From contig MU004181.1 of NCBI GenBank assembly GCA_010093605.1, positions 3,038,001 through 3,102,000 of the forward strand: a DNA stretch of 64,000 nucleotides, written 5' to 3'. The notes beneath the pieces were generated by a model. The model saw nothing but the letters and a program-made list of their open reading frames with translations, was not told the origin of the DNA and did no database searches. Source of the DNA: Lophium mytilinum (taxonomy: Eukaryota). The position numbers and the translations under genes were made by a program. Positions 23,449 through 35,072 of this stretch are shown piece by piece (positions within the stretch are counted from its first letter, which is position 1; each line of letters starts with the position of its first letter).

Positions 23449-25763
23449 CCGACGAGCTTAATATGCACCGGCGTCCTCCCCTCCACCCAAACCCCCACAG
23501 CCGCATTCCCCTTCTCATCTGCGACAAATTCCCCTCCTACGCCCTCTTCCCATTTATACCTCATTCCCGGCTTCAGCCTTTGAATGCTTAGATAGAACGT
23601 GCCCTTTCCAGCGCCGTTATAGAGCACAAGATCCAAGTCCTCTCCACGGCTCCATGCCTTCGCGACCACAACCTCTGGGTAAGGCGCGTCGGCCAGTAAC
23701 GGACCCTGAAACGTGTGCTCCGGCGGCCCGTGAAGCAGCGTATGACAAACATGTTTGTACCGTTGAAGCGAGCATTGGCGAAGGCCGTGTTGTTCAGCGT
23801 AGAGTTTCTTGCAGCGTAGGTCCCGCCGCAGCCGTCGGAGAGGAGGGGCCCGGCGGCTGCGGAGACGGACTCGGCGAGGTGGGATGCTAGGTCTCGGTCG
23901 CCTTTTTCTTTGGCGGCCATGTAGACCCTATGGGATTGTATTAGTAGGGTTTAATAGTCGAGCAATTGAGAAGAGGTTAAGAGATTTGATTGCTTACCAG
24001 GTCTTCCCGGGCATTGCCTCAGGATGCATGGTGTACAGTCCAGCATCCACATGGTCTCCCGCGCCCAGCTTCAGACCAGTGGTCTTGCCATTCTCGTCTC
24101 TCTCGGTATGCTCTCTTTTTGTGATCGCCCAGAGTTGATCCGAATATTCCGGGAACACAGCCGCGCACTGTACTGCCGTCGACGCAGTTACACATGCACC
24201 CGAGATGGGCATCTGGATACCAGCCAACCCGGACCGAAGCGCCACAATGCTACCATCAGGAGTAGTGAAGTCAGAGTACCAGAGCCTTTTGAACTTCGAG
24301 AGGATATCACGGAGGCGGTCGGTTTTGAAGAAGCGGTCGTAGACAACGGCGCCTGGCATGCCATAAAGGTTCTGAGGCAAATCATATGAGAAGAGTAGCA
24401 ACGAGGAGGTTCAGGGTACGTACGCAGATCGAATAGACCCAGTTCGGCTCGCAAGCGTAGAGGCAGAACCTCGCAGTCTCCCAGTTGCTCACTAGAGCGT
24501 CCATGATGGTATGGATAGAGTGTGGATAGGAGTGGAAAGGGGTGACTTTGAAGACCAGGCTTCCGGGCTTCATTTATCGCAACTCTCGAGTGGTGGACGT
24601 GTACATCATTGAAGCCATCATGTACCATCCGGACAGCATGATGCTGGTATGAATTAGCAAAGCGCAGTACTAGGCCATACGTTAGGCACACGGATGTACC
24701 AGCACGACGGATTAGAAAAGTAGCATGACTTACTTCTCCCACTTGATAGGATCCCAATTTAATGAATGGCGTCCCCAAAACTCTTCCATAGCCCAATAAT
24801 AGAGCACGCCCGGCTGCAATACTTTCTCTAGGGCAGCTCTTTGCGCCTCGCTCAACACGCCATGGTAGTTCGGCATGACCGAACACTGGAGAGACGAGAG
24901 AGCGTACACGATTTGGTACAGCGGATACCGATAGGCCCCTTCCCTGAACTGATCACGGTGGGTAAAGCCATTCCACGAATCAAGCGGTTGCCGGGTAAGG
25001 TTAATGAGGTACCGCATTGCACTGATCTCGCCCTCGTTCAATTCGCGCGATCCTGGTACCTCCTCCTTCACCGTCGCCTCGCGAATCTGCTCGCAGCTTC
25101 GGATTTCGGTCTCGATGTGCTTATTTCGCTCGAGCCGTTGAGATTCTTGGCGGAGGGCGTAGCTTCTGTTTGTCTTTAAGATGAGTCCGAGGATAGTGAG
25201 ACCAGCCGCAGCAGCTATGCCATAGGCTGGTTTTAGAAGAGAATCTTGGTCCATGTCTCGCGCCTTGCAAGCCGCTATAGTCGCAGACCCAAGGTAAACA
25301 CCGGCTGGAAACTGTATCATCCCAGCCCAGAACCAAAGAAACACTGCAATCGGCGCAAAGATCTGTTCGCATGTGAGACATTTGCTCTTGAGGATAAGAA
25401 GCAACTGACTGTGTTCAAGATGAAACCTAGAATGCCCCAACCACCAAGAGCCAGATAACCAGCTCCAGGAAATACGGCCCGGAATCAGGTTTAGTAGATT
25501 CTAGCTTTCTATTTTGACATACCAAGACCAGCACCAAATGCACGCACTGGGGCGGAATCCGAATAGAACCAACAACCCGACCCCACGGTTGCAGCGGCTA
25601 GATACATCTTCAGCATTCTGTATGCCGTCCATCTCGTAACAGGCCCGAACGTGTTTTTCTTTGGAAACAAGTAGGACTCGGCTTCGGCGTCGAGCTTCTT
25701 CGATGTAGTTTGGGCCTTACCACCATTCGGAGCTTCTTGCAGCGATCCGTTTGACGTCGCCAT
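23445..25763 (-). pseudogene. Linalool dehydratase/isomerase-family gene, inactivated
   Basis: DQFREGAYRYPLY, DPIKWENIMLSGW, LYACEPNWVYSICN, GPLLADAPYPEVVVAKA motifs; lesions: first acceptor CCG (25475-25477), in-frame TAA (24574-24576), frameshift at about 23747. Confidence 0.8.
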
Positions 25764-26317
25764 TGTTGTATAACGAAGACTCAGAAGCAAGAAGCTGGTC
25801 TTCGGAATGTTGAAATGTTACTTCATGTAGTAAGACGAGGAAAGGAAGTGATGATACTAGAATACTTAGAAACGGAACTTAGAGTTTCCGAAAACGAATA
25901 GATCTAAGTAGCGCGAACATTGATCCTGGAAAGATCAATCGACAAATAGGGTATGCGGGGATACCTACCTAGGAAGCATGCTTTCTCCACGATGATTGGT
26001 GGTTTTTTCAAGCTCTGCATAATAAGTGATGGACTCCCCCGCATTTTCGATCCGACTCAGTGCAAGCTGACTCCGCATTCGGAGACACTTGCAATCTGTG
26101 TACACGGGGTTGACGTTGTCTGGAGGACCCTCGCGAGTTTCCTAGCAGTGCAAAATGCCGCAATTATTCCTTATTCGGAACGCTGAAAGTACCATGAAGC
26201 TCCCCAAGCAGTGGTAACCGAGTGTACGGATTTCTATGACAAGTCATTGTAGCAACAGCTCATATAAGGTTCCGCTAGATTGCTTTGAACATCAGTTTCC
26301 CACTGTTTGGGGTGCCT

Positions 26318-26770
26318 TACAATGCTTTCCATCTTCCGAGTACGATGTCAAGGTTGATACGACGGGAATCAAACTGCTTTTTGGCTGACTAGCGACTTAC
26401 TAACCAGGCCACCCTTCACAGTGGTGTCGAGTAATCAAAGGTGGAGCTCATATAGTTGTATATCGGTTCTACGGTGCTTTGCATCTTCTTACTATCATGT
26501 CAAGGTTGATACGATGAAAATCAGACTACTTCTTAACTTACTAGCGACTTACTAACCAGGCCACCCTGCACAGTGGTGACGAGTGATCAAGAGTGGAGCC
26601 CGCGTAGTGGAATAACAGACCTACAGTGCTTTCCATCTTCCGAGTACGATGTCAAGGTTGAAACGATGGGGATTAGACTGCCTCTTGACATACTACCTAC
26701 CTACTAGCTAGGCCACCCTTCACAGTGGTATCGAGTGATCAAGGGTGGAGCCCGTGCAGTGCTATATCAG
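26318..26770. repeat. Three diverged tandem copies of a 152-bp unit
   Basis: Units start at 26318, 26470 and 26622; shared blocks CATCTT..ATGTCAAGGTTGA and AGGCCACCCT.CACAGTGGT..CGAGT.ATCAA..GTGGAGC. Confidence 0.92.
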
Positions 26771-27097
26771 TGTATCTAACATTAAGACCTAGTACTATAC
26801 GCATCATCACGAATGGCCAAGCCGAGGGGTCAGTTCAGGTTTAGCATGGCTACTTGTTATCATTGGGAGTTTTAGTCCTTGTTGTGCTATCCAACCGCTA
26901 GGTTTGCTTCACTATTAAAGTCCCAAAAGCTCACAAAAGTAACCGCCGCCGCCGGCTTGCTCGCTACCACGCAGAGGCCCCTATTAGTACCGCTGAAGAG
27001 CACACTATGCTATGTCAATATCACAATCCTCTAAAGCATTGGGTATCTGGAGGATGGTGCAAAAGGAAGAAATGGAGGAATTTGTGATACAATTACC

Positions 27098-29059
27098 TTA
27101 CAACGACTTTGACTTCGTCTCCGTGGCCGACTCCGCACCCGCCGTGGTGTCATCATCCGCCGTAATCGGGTCAGCCACAACGCTTGACGTGGAGAATCCG
27201 GTGAAACTAGTATCCGTTCTGTGGTGCTCCTCTGATGCACGTCTCTTGTAAGCGTCCCAGGTAGGCAAGAAGCCTTGAGACGCTGCGCCTGGTCCTTCGA
27301 GTAGAAACTTTTCCAGCGATGACTCGGTGAACTCAGGCAACCCAGTCGACTCAAGAACAGCCTCCTTGGCCTTTCCCTTGGTATCAGCCTTCGGACCGCT
27401 ACTGCTCGCTTCGGCCTTGGCGCTGTCCTTCGAGGGTTCGGCGGGCTTTCCAATCTTGGTCTGCATCTTCTCGAACGCTTTGGATCCATCCCTTGATTCC
27501 AGCGTCTTTGCAATCCAATCTTCAACTTCCGCCAAGGACTTCTGGGGGTTCTTCGTGTTGACAAGGAAGCCCTGTACTTCGGCAGGCGTGATCTGACCTT
27601 CCGGGAATTTCTCCGAGAACTCCACAGCCATCTTCCTCAGCTCTTCCTCCTTCAGTTTCTTGTCTACTAACCAAATGGCATGCTCTTCATCGCCATTCCT
27701 GTCTCGGGAGAACATACGCATGAAGATGTCCTCGGCACTCTTCTTAGTCACAGGCCCGAAATAAACCGTCTGGTCAATGCGGCCCGGGCGGATCAGAGCC
27801 TTATCGAGCTTCTCCGGAGTATTAGTAGTCATGATCAGAACGCGGCCTTCTTGGGAGGTGGTCCCGTCGATAGCATTTAGCAGTCCACTCAGCGTGACCC
27901 GAGCCGTATTGTCCTGATAGTGGGATTGCTCCGTCCCAGACTCGTTGTTGTGCTCCCGAGTAATACCAGCCGAGTCAATATCCTCCAAGAGGACGATACA
28001 TTTGGGAGGAAGCGCAGCGAACAATTGGTCGAGCTCAGTGTCCCCAAGGCCTTGGCCAGAAAGAGTATAGAGCTCCAATTTGAAGTGTCCAGCGAGTGCG
28101 AAACACATAGACGTCTTCCCGGTGCCTGGAGGGCCGTGGAAGAGATACCCTCGGCGATACGGAATGCCACGGCGGCCGTATGAGCGTCTAGCTGTAGGGT
28201 GAAGATAGCCGTGGAGATCCTCGACAAGGGCAGCCTTGAGTGTCTCATCCATGTCGATTGTATCAAGTGGTCTGTCCGGCTTCAGGATTGGATCTGACCA
28301 GCATGCGGCCCGTCCTCCGTTCTTGATATGGATGGTTGTCAGCGCAGTGCGCGTCTTCTCTTCGAAGTCCTTGCACTCCTGAATGAAGCGCTTGAGGGGC
28401 GCGGTAGTCCTGCCGACGGAGAATATCACAATGTCTCCTCCTAAGCCTTTTCCAAAGAAGGCACCGTGTCCAGCTCCGTGTTGCACGTACATGAAGGGAC
28501 GCAATCCGTACCAAAACCACTGCGTGCCGATTGCAGGCGAATACGTAACAGTCGGAACTTTCTCATCAAAGTCGGATGGGTTGTAGGCGTAGGTTTGAGC
28601 CATTCCGTACATCGCATTGTATTTGCGATATGGGTCGTTCGCAGTGTCGTCGTTCTTGCTGGACTTGGCGGCCATATGTAGAGCGCCCTTCTCGATAACG
28701 TGGACAGCCATCCAGCTGGTCACCTCACGATACAACCGGTCGTTGGGGGAGATTGTGACTGAAGCACAGCAGAACCTCAAAAGTAGGCTCTTGATCTCTT
28801 GCTCTAGGTATCTTCCCACCTGAGTAGCCATCGTAAAGAAGATAGCACGCGACACGAGAGACGTGATATCGTACCGGAAATACTGGAGGAATAGCTGTCG
28901 CATGATGGAAAAGCCCGGGATGATGGCATCTAGAATGAGCGTGCTTGATGCTAGTTCGCCTGCATTGCCCTTGCTAGCCAGTTGGACGCCTGCGAGCTGG
29001 AGAGCGGTCGCCATGTTGAAGCCTTTTTTGGCTGATCGAGAAGGCCGAAAGCCGTCCAT
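27098..29059 (-). CDS. BCS1-like AAA ATPase
   Basis: BCS1_N-like region (TYSPAIGTQWFWY), RGIPYRRGYLFHGPPGTGKTS, Walker B VLLEDID, VTLSGLLNAIDG, ALIRPGRID, ITPAEVQG. Confidence 0.9.
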   Translation of the reverse strand: MDGFRPSRSAKKGFNMATALQLAGVQLASKGNAGELASSTLILDAIIPGFSIMRQLFLQYFRYDITSLVSRAIFFTMATQVGRYLEQEIKSLLLRFCCASVTISPNDRLYREVTSWMAVHVIEKGALHMAAKSSKNDDTANDPYRKYNAMYGMAQTYAYNPSDFDEKVPTVTYSPAIGTQWFWYGLRPFMYVQHGAGHGAFFGKGLGGDIVIFSVGRTTAPLKRFIQECKDFEEKTRTALTTIHIKNGGRAACWSDPILKPDRPLDTIDMDETLKAALVEDLHGYLHPTARRSYGRRGIPYRRGYLFHGPPGTGKTSMCFALAGHFKLELYTLSGQGLGDTELDQLFAALPPKCIVLLEDIDSAGITREHNNESGTEQSHYQDNTARVTLSGLLNAIDGTTSQEGRVLIMTTNTPEKLDKALIRPGRIDQTVYFGPVTKKSAEDIFMRMFSRDRNGDEEHAIWLVDKKLKEEELRKMAVEFSEKFPEGQITPAEVQGFLVNTKNPQKSLAEVEDWIAKTLESRDGSKAFEKMQTKIGKPAEPSKDSAKAEASSSGPKADTKGKAKEAVLESTGLPEFTESSLEKFLLEGPGAASQGFLPTWDAYKRRASEEHHRTDTSFTGFSTSSVVADPITADDDTTAGAESATETKSKSL

Positions 29060-30284
29060 TGCTGATCGAGAAGACCGAAGGCCGAAACGAGCAGACGATG
29101 ATGATACAGCTATGTCGCTAGCACTGCAGCACCGCGTCGAGGAAGGGTGTTGTGGGGTGTGCGATGAGCGGACGAAGGAAAGAGTGGGGCTAGGCGGAAG
29201 AAAGATATGACGCGTTGCGGTGACGCGCAAACAGACCGCCGTAGAATCTCGCTTCGGTGAAGAAGTGATCAGTCTATGGGAATCCACAGCATTCGAAAGA
29301 ACTCTGAACGTCTTCCACGCAGTGGTTTGTTAAGTCTTTTGCCTAAGTCGGCCACAGTTGCTTGATGTGCTTCCAAGCACCATCTAGAGTCCAGATAAGA
29401 AGGATATAGGGTTTTGAAGAACCTGTGACTTATATAAGCGGTCTCAGGCGACCACAGAGAATCGCACACCGCCGGCGGGCCGGCAACGCAATGTCTAGAT
29501 CTATCTCAAACTTTTGAAGTACCCGATACGACCAGAACAAGAGACATGGTGTATACGAATTTAGGATAGGACACAGGAACCGCACTTTACTTTCGGGCTG
29601 CATCGCCAATACTAAAAGACCCCGAGATGGCCCTTGTGACGTGACCGGACATGAACGAAGACCTACTATATACTCGAAAAGACAGATGCCCATCGGTTCC
29701 ATCAGATAACGCTCCATCTTTCAAGTGCATCCAGCACGACCAGAGGTGTTTAAGATTCCGAAGCTTGGCCTTGGGCAAGAATGCATCAAAAATGGCGTGC
29801 CTCCAAATCGTGTGAAACGACCCAGAAGTGAAGGCGGGCCTCAATTTAACTCACACTTGCTAGTTCTATATACGATGGAAACACAGAACGAGAGGCCTAG
29901 ATGGACTGGGCTCGGAACCGGGTACCATTGATGGAAGGCAATGAAATTTGTCTGCTAAAGGGTTCGTTCGGTTGAGGTTGAAACGAATGCTGCTTACATA
30001 ATCTTGGGGGCCCGCAGTCACGCCCCTTGGGCCTGAAGACGATTTTATGGGGCCGTGCATTTGACGATTCAATTAATGGGATCTACGAATTGATGGAAAT
30101 AAACCGCGGCCAACAACGCCACCCATGAAAAGCTTCTCGGTTTGCCATATCACCAAACGCCCGCTCGTTAGAAACTAGCGTTCCGACCTAATCAACGCAT
30201 ACATCCAGATTACAGTATCGCCCAATTTCTAGAGACCATTCTATCCGCCAAAAAACTACGACAAAAGCGCGCTATTCTTCGCGA

Positions 30285-31859
30285 TCATTTTCCTTTCTTC
30301 TCCGCTTGTTCCTTGCCCTGGGGATACTTGATCGTCAAACACCAGATATCTAAATAATCGCATATAGCGAAGATGACATCAACGACAAAGCTGCCATGGA
30401 CACCAATGCCTAAGCCAAGACATAAGAACACAAAGGCGACCTGGTAGGTACCGTCACCGAGTGCGCTTGGCCAACCGAAGCCTACATTCTGCTGCAGGAA
30501 TGGGCCGAGTGAGTCGATGACCCCGTAAGCTAAGGGGAAGATGAGGACGTTGCCACGGGGGAAGCGAGACTTGGTAAGGTGCGAGATGATCATGCGGCCA
30601 ACAGAGTAAGCGTTGATGAGGCCGACGAAGAAGATGAAGGGGACCAAATGGTGGTGCAGGATCTCGGGTTGCAGCTTTAGGTAGATTGGAACAAGGGTCC
30701 AGACGGTGAAGAAGGGTGCGAGACCGAGGAGGGCGACGCGGGCTTGCTGGCCACGTTCACGGCGGGCTTTCATGACGTTTTGGGCGCTGTTATGTGTTAG
30801 AAGCTGTCAGGGGCGAGGGAAGTAACACGGAAGCTTACCTAGAAATTGTGTTGAAAACTAGCACGGAACCGCCTTGGACCATGTACCATTCATCCCATGC
30901 AAGATTGTAGATGTAGTCAGGGATGATGCTAAGGTGTGGTATGCCAACGGTCTCAAACAGTGACTGCTGCCAGAAGCTCCCTCCTCCGACGAACGCGGTG
31001 AAACCGTAGACAGTGCACAGAATGAGTAAGCCTTCGACCGGCCCAGATATGACACCAAGAGTCAAAGTATGCGTATGGTACTCGTCCCAAGTTTGCACAT
31101 AGAAAGTCAGGGAAGCTATCGTAATGTGAATAATAGAGTCGACTAGTGGAATGAGTTATATACGTACAACCGAAGAGCACCAACATTGACTTCCATCCTT
31201 GGCCCAAGTTCATGCAGGCCGAGAATATTAGGCATTCAAGAGTTGTGTTGAGAGCGTCGACACCTGGTCATCTCGTTAGCCGAATTCTAAAGCTGGTTTA
31301 TAATATCGTTATGCCCACCATGATCGAATAGCTCTCCCAAAGGCCCACTCTGGCCTGTCCTCCTGGCCTGTGTGCCATCAACGGCATCGAACGTCTGATA
31401 TAGGAACAGGCCTATCGACCAGCTCGCATACACCCACGGAGGACAGTCCTGGTCCAGGCCGGGTGTGTACCACAGGAGGGTGAGGAAATTGGCAATGACG
31501 AAGCTGAAGCCGGTAAGGGTAATCTAGTGCAAGGCAAATATATCAGCATGCGATTCGGTCCTGATTGTTTCGTGTCCGAGCTACAAGATCGTCGTTCGAG
31601 GAATAACATAAAGGATGCATACCAGGTTGGGCCTGTGGAAGCGTTAGCTGATGGCCTTGTAAATTTCTCTAACTTCGAGGAACTGCAGGAGCAGATTCTG
31701 GAGAGAGTATAATACTTACGCCATGCTCTTAGGAAAGCACTTGATGACCACATTATTGTAGAACGGCTTCATAATATACTTGGATACAGGACTATGGTCG
31801 ACTCCCGAGTACTTGTACTCTTTGAGCCTCGGGAGCTTGTCCTGCCGAATGTAAACCAT
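30285..31859 (-). CDS. sn-1,2-diacylglycerol choline/ethanolamine phosphotransferase (EPT1/CPT1 family)
   Basis: MVYIRQDKLPRLKEYKYSGVDHS, MAPNLITLTG, CDP-alcohol motif [34 protein letters not shown]; 10-nt micro-exon at 31623-31632. Confidence 0.93.
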
Positions 31860-32344
31860 CGTGAATGACTGCTATAATACAGATCAAAAAGTGGTGGTTA
31901 ACAATGCGAAGAGGGGAAGTGGTGATAGAAGGGAGGGACAGGTGCGCGATATTTCGAGGTGGTGGGTTTCCAGTTTTCGCGTTCACCTCCGCGTTTCGTT
32001 GTTCCGATGACGCACGTGGGGCGGCTCACAGCAAGATATTATCAGGCCAGCACGAAACGTCAAGTTAGAACAGCAGAAGTTACATGTCAGTTTATTTGTA
32101 GTTGGTATCCATATGATTGGTATCGTTATTTTCATATTTTGATACCGGAAGCCTTCCGGAGATATCGCTGAAGCTGCTAATCTACACTTGACTGTCGTCC
32201 GCTCTCGCGCCTCCAGTCATTCCAGGCATATCCGAATTGCGCACACAGCCCCTTGCTTTCGCGGACTGCTGGCTTTCCCAGGTACATGCTCCGTGTCTGA
32301 TATAGCGCCCTATCCATATCCACTGCACCGTCCGTCTGTCCGCC

Positions 32345-33651
32345 TTAAGCAACCGCGCTCCACGAGCACGGGATCAAGATCCTGCTCTTCATTGACTGAA
32401 TCAGCGGGACTGTTTTGTGGACAGTCTCGCCCCATCCCTCGACTCCCCAGCTCTGCTCGCGCCGAACTTTCCTCTCTTCCAAATCTGCAAACTGCCAGAG
32501 GTGGTGCACGGTATTGAGCTCGCCGACCTGCACGAACCAAGCTCCCACGCCCTCCATAACCTCTCTACGTGCCTTGAGGCCCTTGCGCCAATGTGTCTCC
32601 CACTCCAAAAGATTGCCTGGGTGCAATGTGTATGACCGCAATTCGAAGAGTCCGCCTAGTTGGCGTGGAGATGTCGTGGGCCAGAAGGAGAATTCTTGCA
32701 TGAGGGAGGTTCGCTTCGAATTTATCAGAGTCTTGAGCTTCGCGTCAAATTCTGGGAATTCGGGGTGATGTTGGATGGCGTTCAGAGAAGCATGGTAGCC
32801 GTGGTACCGCTGGTACTCCCAGATATGTACTGCACAGTGTTAGCGAAGTCAGACCACTTAAGGCCACTAAAGGACTCTCGAGGATATTGTTTATGAAGTC
32901 AATTCCCAACCCCGGCCTAGTGTGACTGGAGAAGGCATCATGCACGCTATCCTCAAAGGTCGCCGGGTAGTGGCCAACGCGTGTGAAGGATGGCCGAAGC
33001 CGGGAATGTGCACGTACCGAATGTGTCGCAGTCGCCCACCTCTGTCCGCCAGCTGCCCACAAGATGGACCTTGTTCTCGGGCATGTCTGCCATCCGGGGA
33101 TACCACTTTCCAACGAGTTCGGTGTACTCGTCTACCTTGTCGGGCTTGACATCGTGGAAGACGATGGAATGGACGTATTTGCCTCTCGCCAAGACCTGGG
33201 AGAAGCTCCTCTCAATGTCCTTGTCGAGCTCCCGGCCCTCGGGGGTGCCGTAGATGAGTGAGGTAAGAGCACCGGGCTTCTTCTTTGCGCCCTCCTGAGC
33301 TTCGCGGGCGCGTGCTTCTTCTGCATGAGACGCAGTCAGTGAGCCAAGTGTATCGCCAACAAGAGGGGGCCCACCGTTTGTGCTAGACGCAGACAGACTA
33401 CTGTGGGATTTGGAGGGGGACTGACTCAGTTGCTGCTCCTTCTGCCTCTGCGCGGCGACTAGACTCTCACGAAACTCCTTCTGCCGGGCGTCGAACTTCG
33501 GCGCGGCGTCCGGTGTGATGTCGGCTAGAGCTGGAGCTCTCACCGGGCCCTGAGCCGCAGGAAGAGCACTGAAGGAGCGAGAAACGACGACAGCGGGCTG
33601 TGACGAGGGGACAGCATTGCGAACACGCGGGGTGAGGCGGCGTGCAAGCAT
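32345..33651 (-). CDS. NIPSNAP family mitochondrial protein
   Basis: Presequence MLARRLTPR.., LVGSWRTEVGDCDTF|VHIWEY, FELRSYTLHPG, GAWFVQVGELNTVHHLW; intron 32830-33017. Confidence 0.92.
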
Positions 33652-35072
33652 TGTGCCGGTGGTGAAGGGGGTGGACGAAGCAAGGGAGCAAGAGGGCGAT
33701 TGAGGTAGAGAGCTTGACAAAAGCAAAGCGCGGTGAAGTGAAGCTTGGAGCAGGGCAGGAGCGAGGGGTGTCGGGGGTGATGATGGATTGGGGGAGCACA
33801 CGGGAGAGTCTTTGTGTCTGCGTCTAATACGGGGTGGTACCTCTCAGCAATATCGCAGCTGTGAGTGACAGAGGGAGCTTCCCCTCACTTCTACCGCCCT
33901 GGAATGTTGCAGCGTGCAAGGCCCCACTTTTCCTGGGATGCAAAAGCTGGAGAAGCCCGCGGCGAATCACAACCACATGTCCGCGGGCCGCTATGATGTG
34001 CACGGCGCCTGATCCATCGCCGCCATGTGAATATATATTTCTTTTGCTTCTTCGACTCCAGTATTTCCCCAGCAAACACCACCACGGCGACCCACTCTGT
34101 GCTTCGGCCTCAGCTGAACAGCTAGCTCCATGACTCTATCAACCGCCACCTCTCGCATTTGACGTCAGGCATCACGGCCGGATCGCTGTCGGCCTGGGTG
34201 ATGCGCACTGGCCATTTCCGGCCGCGGACCGCTTCATCTGGCAATGTCACACAAATGATAGACGCTTAGCGGCCTCGGACCAGGAACTGCTCTTCCTCTG
34301 GTGGTGGCGTGTTGCGAGGCTGTTGGAAGCATGACCAGCCGTTGAGTACCTCGGACCGTAGTCTACCTGACCTCCGGGGCCGTGATAGATGGAGGTAGGT
34401 GTTGACGGGATATATAGAGCATCTATCCTAAGGGTCTCTGTTTAATATATAGCCTTGATACTGCATATTTTGGAAGTGTGCCTGGGTAGTAATTGATTAG
34501 AATTCGCCAAGCTGTAGGGCAATGTCAGAGCCCAGATTCCAATGCAATAAACATGAATACACACATCATGTCTTCTGCTTCGCCAACTGTGTCGAATACA
34601 TTACCACAACAAGAAAGCTATTTCACTGAAGCTCTACATCCAACCGGCATGTTCCAGTAGCTGTCAATTTCCTTCACAATATACTCTAGAGTAGAGTTAC
34701 CGAATGTATTATCAGGCACGTTTTCATCTATGCACCCATCCACCCCCACCCCTACCCCACCACCATAAGATCAAGATATTTTACAGCGACCGACGCAACA
34801 TCCGCATCTTCCCATGCATCATCACTCATCTACCCTCTCGCCACGCGGAGCCACTCAGACCCATATCTGCCAAACAGTCCAACTAAGCACACGCAAAGGA
34901 GCAACCCAACACCAAGGCCGACCGAAGGATAAGATCTCGCTATCAAGCAAGAGAAGAGATGGATAAATACAGGTTGGAAAAGGGGGGACCAGTCGCGGGC
35001 AACCAGATTAACGTGCCCGATATATTAGAATTTTTATGCTCTCAGCAGAAGATGCGATCTTCTACTTCGTGC

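Noticed and set aside
24574..24576. Programmed stop-codon readthrough in the linalool-dehydratase-like gene
   Set aside because: It is TAA, and two further independent lesions point to pseudogenisation.
26318..26770. CRISPR-like array
   Set aside because: The whole 152-bp unit is homologous with no unique spacers; eukaryotic context and no cas genes.
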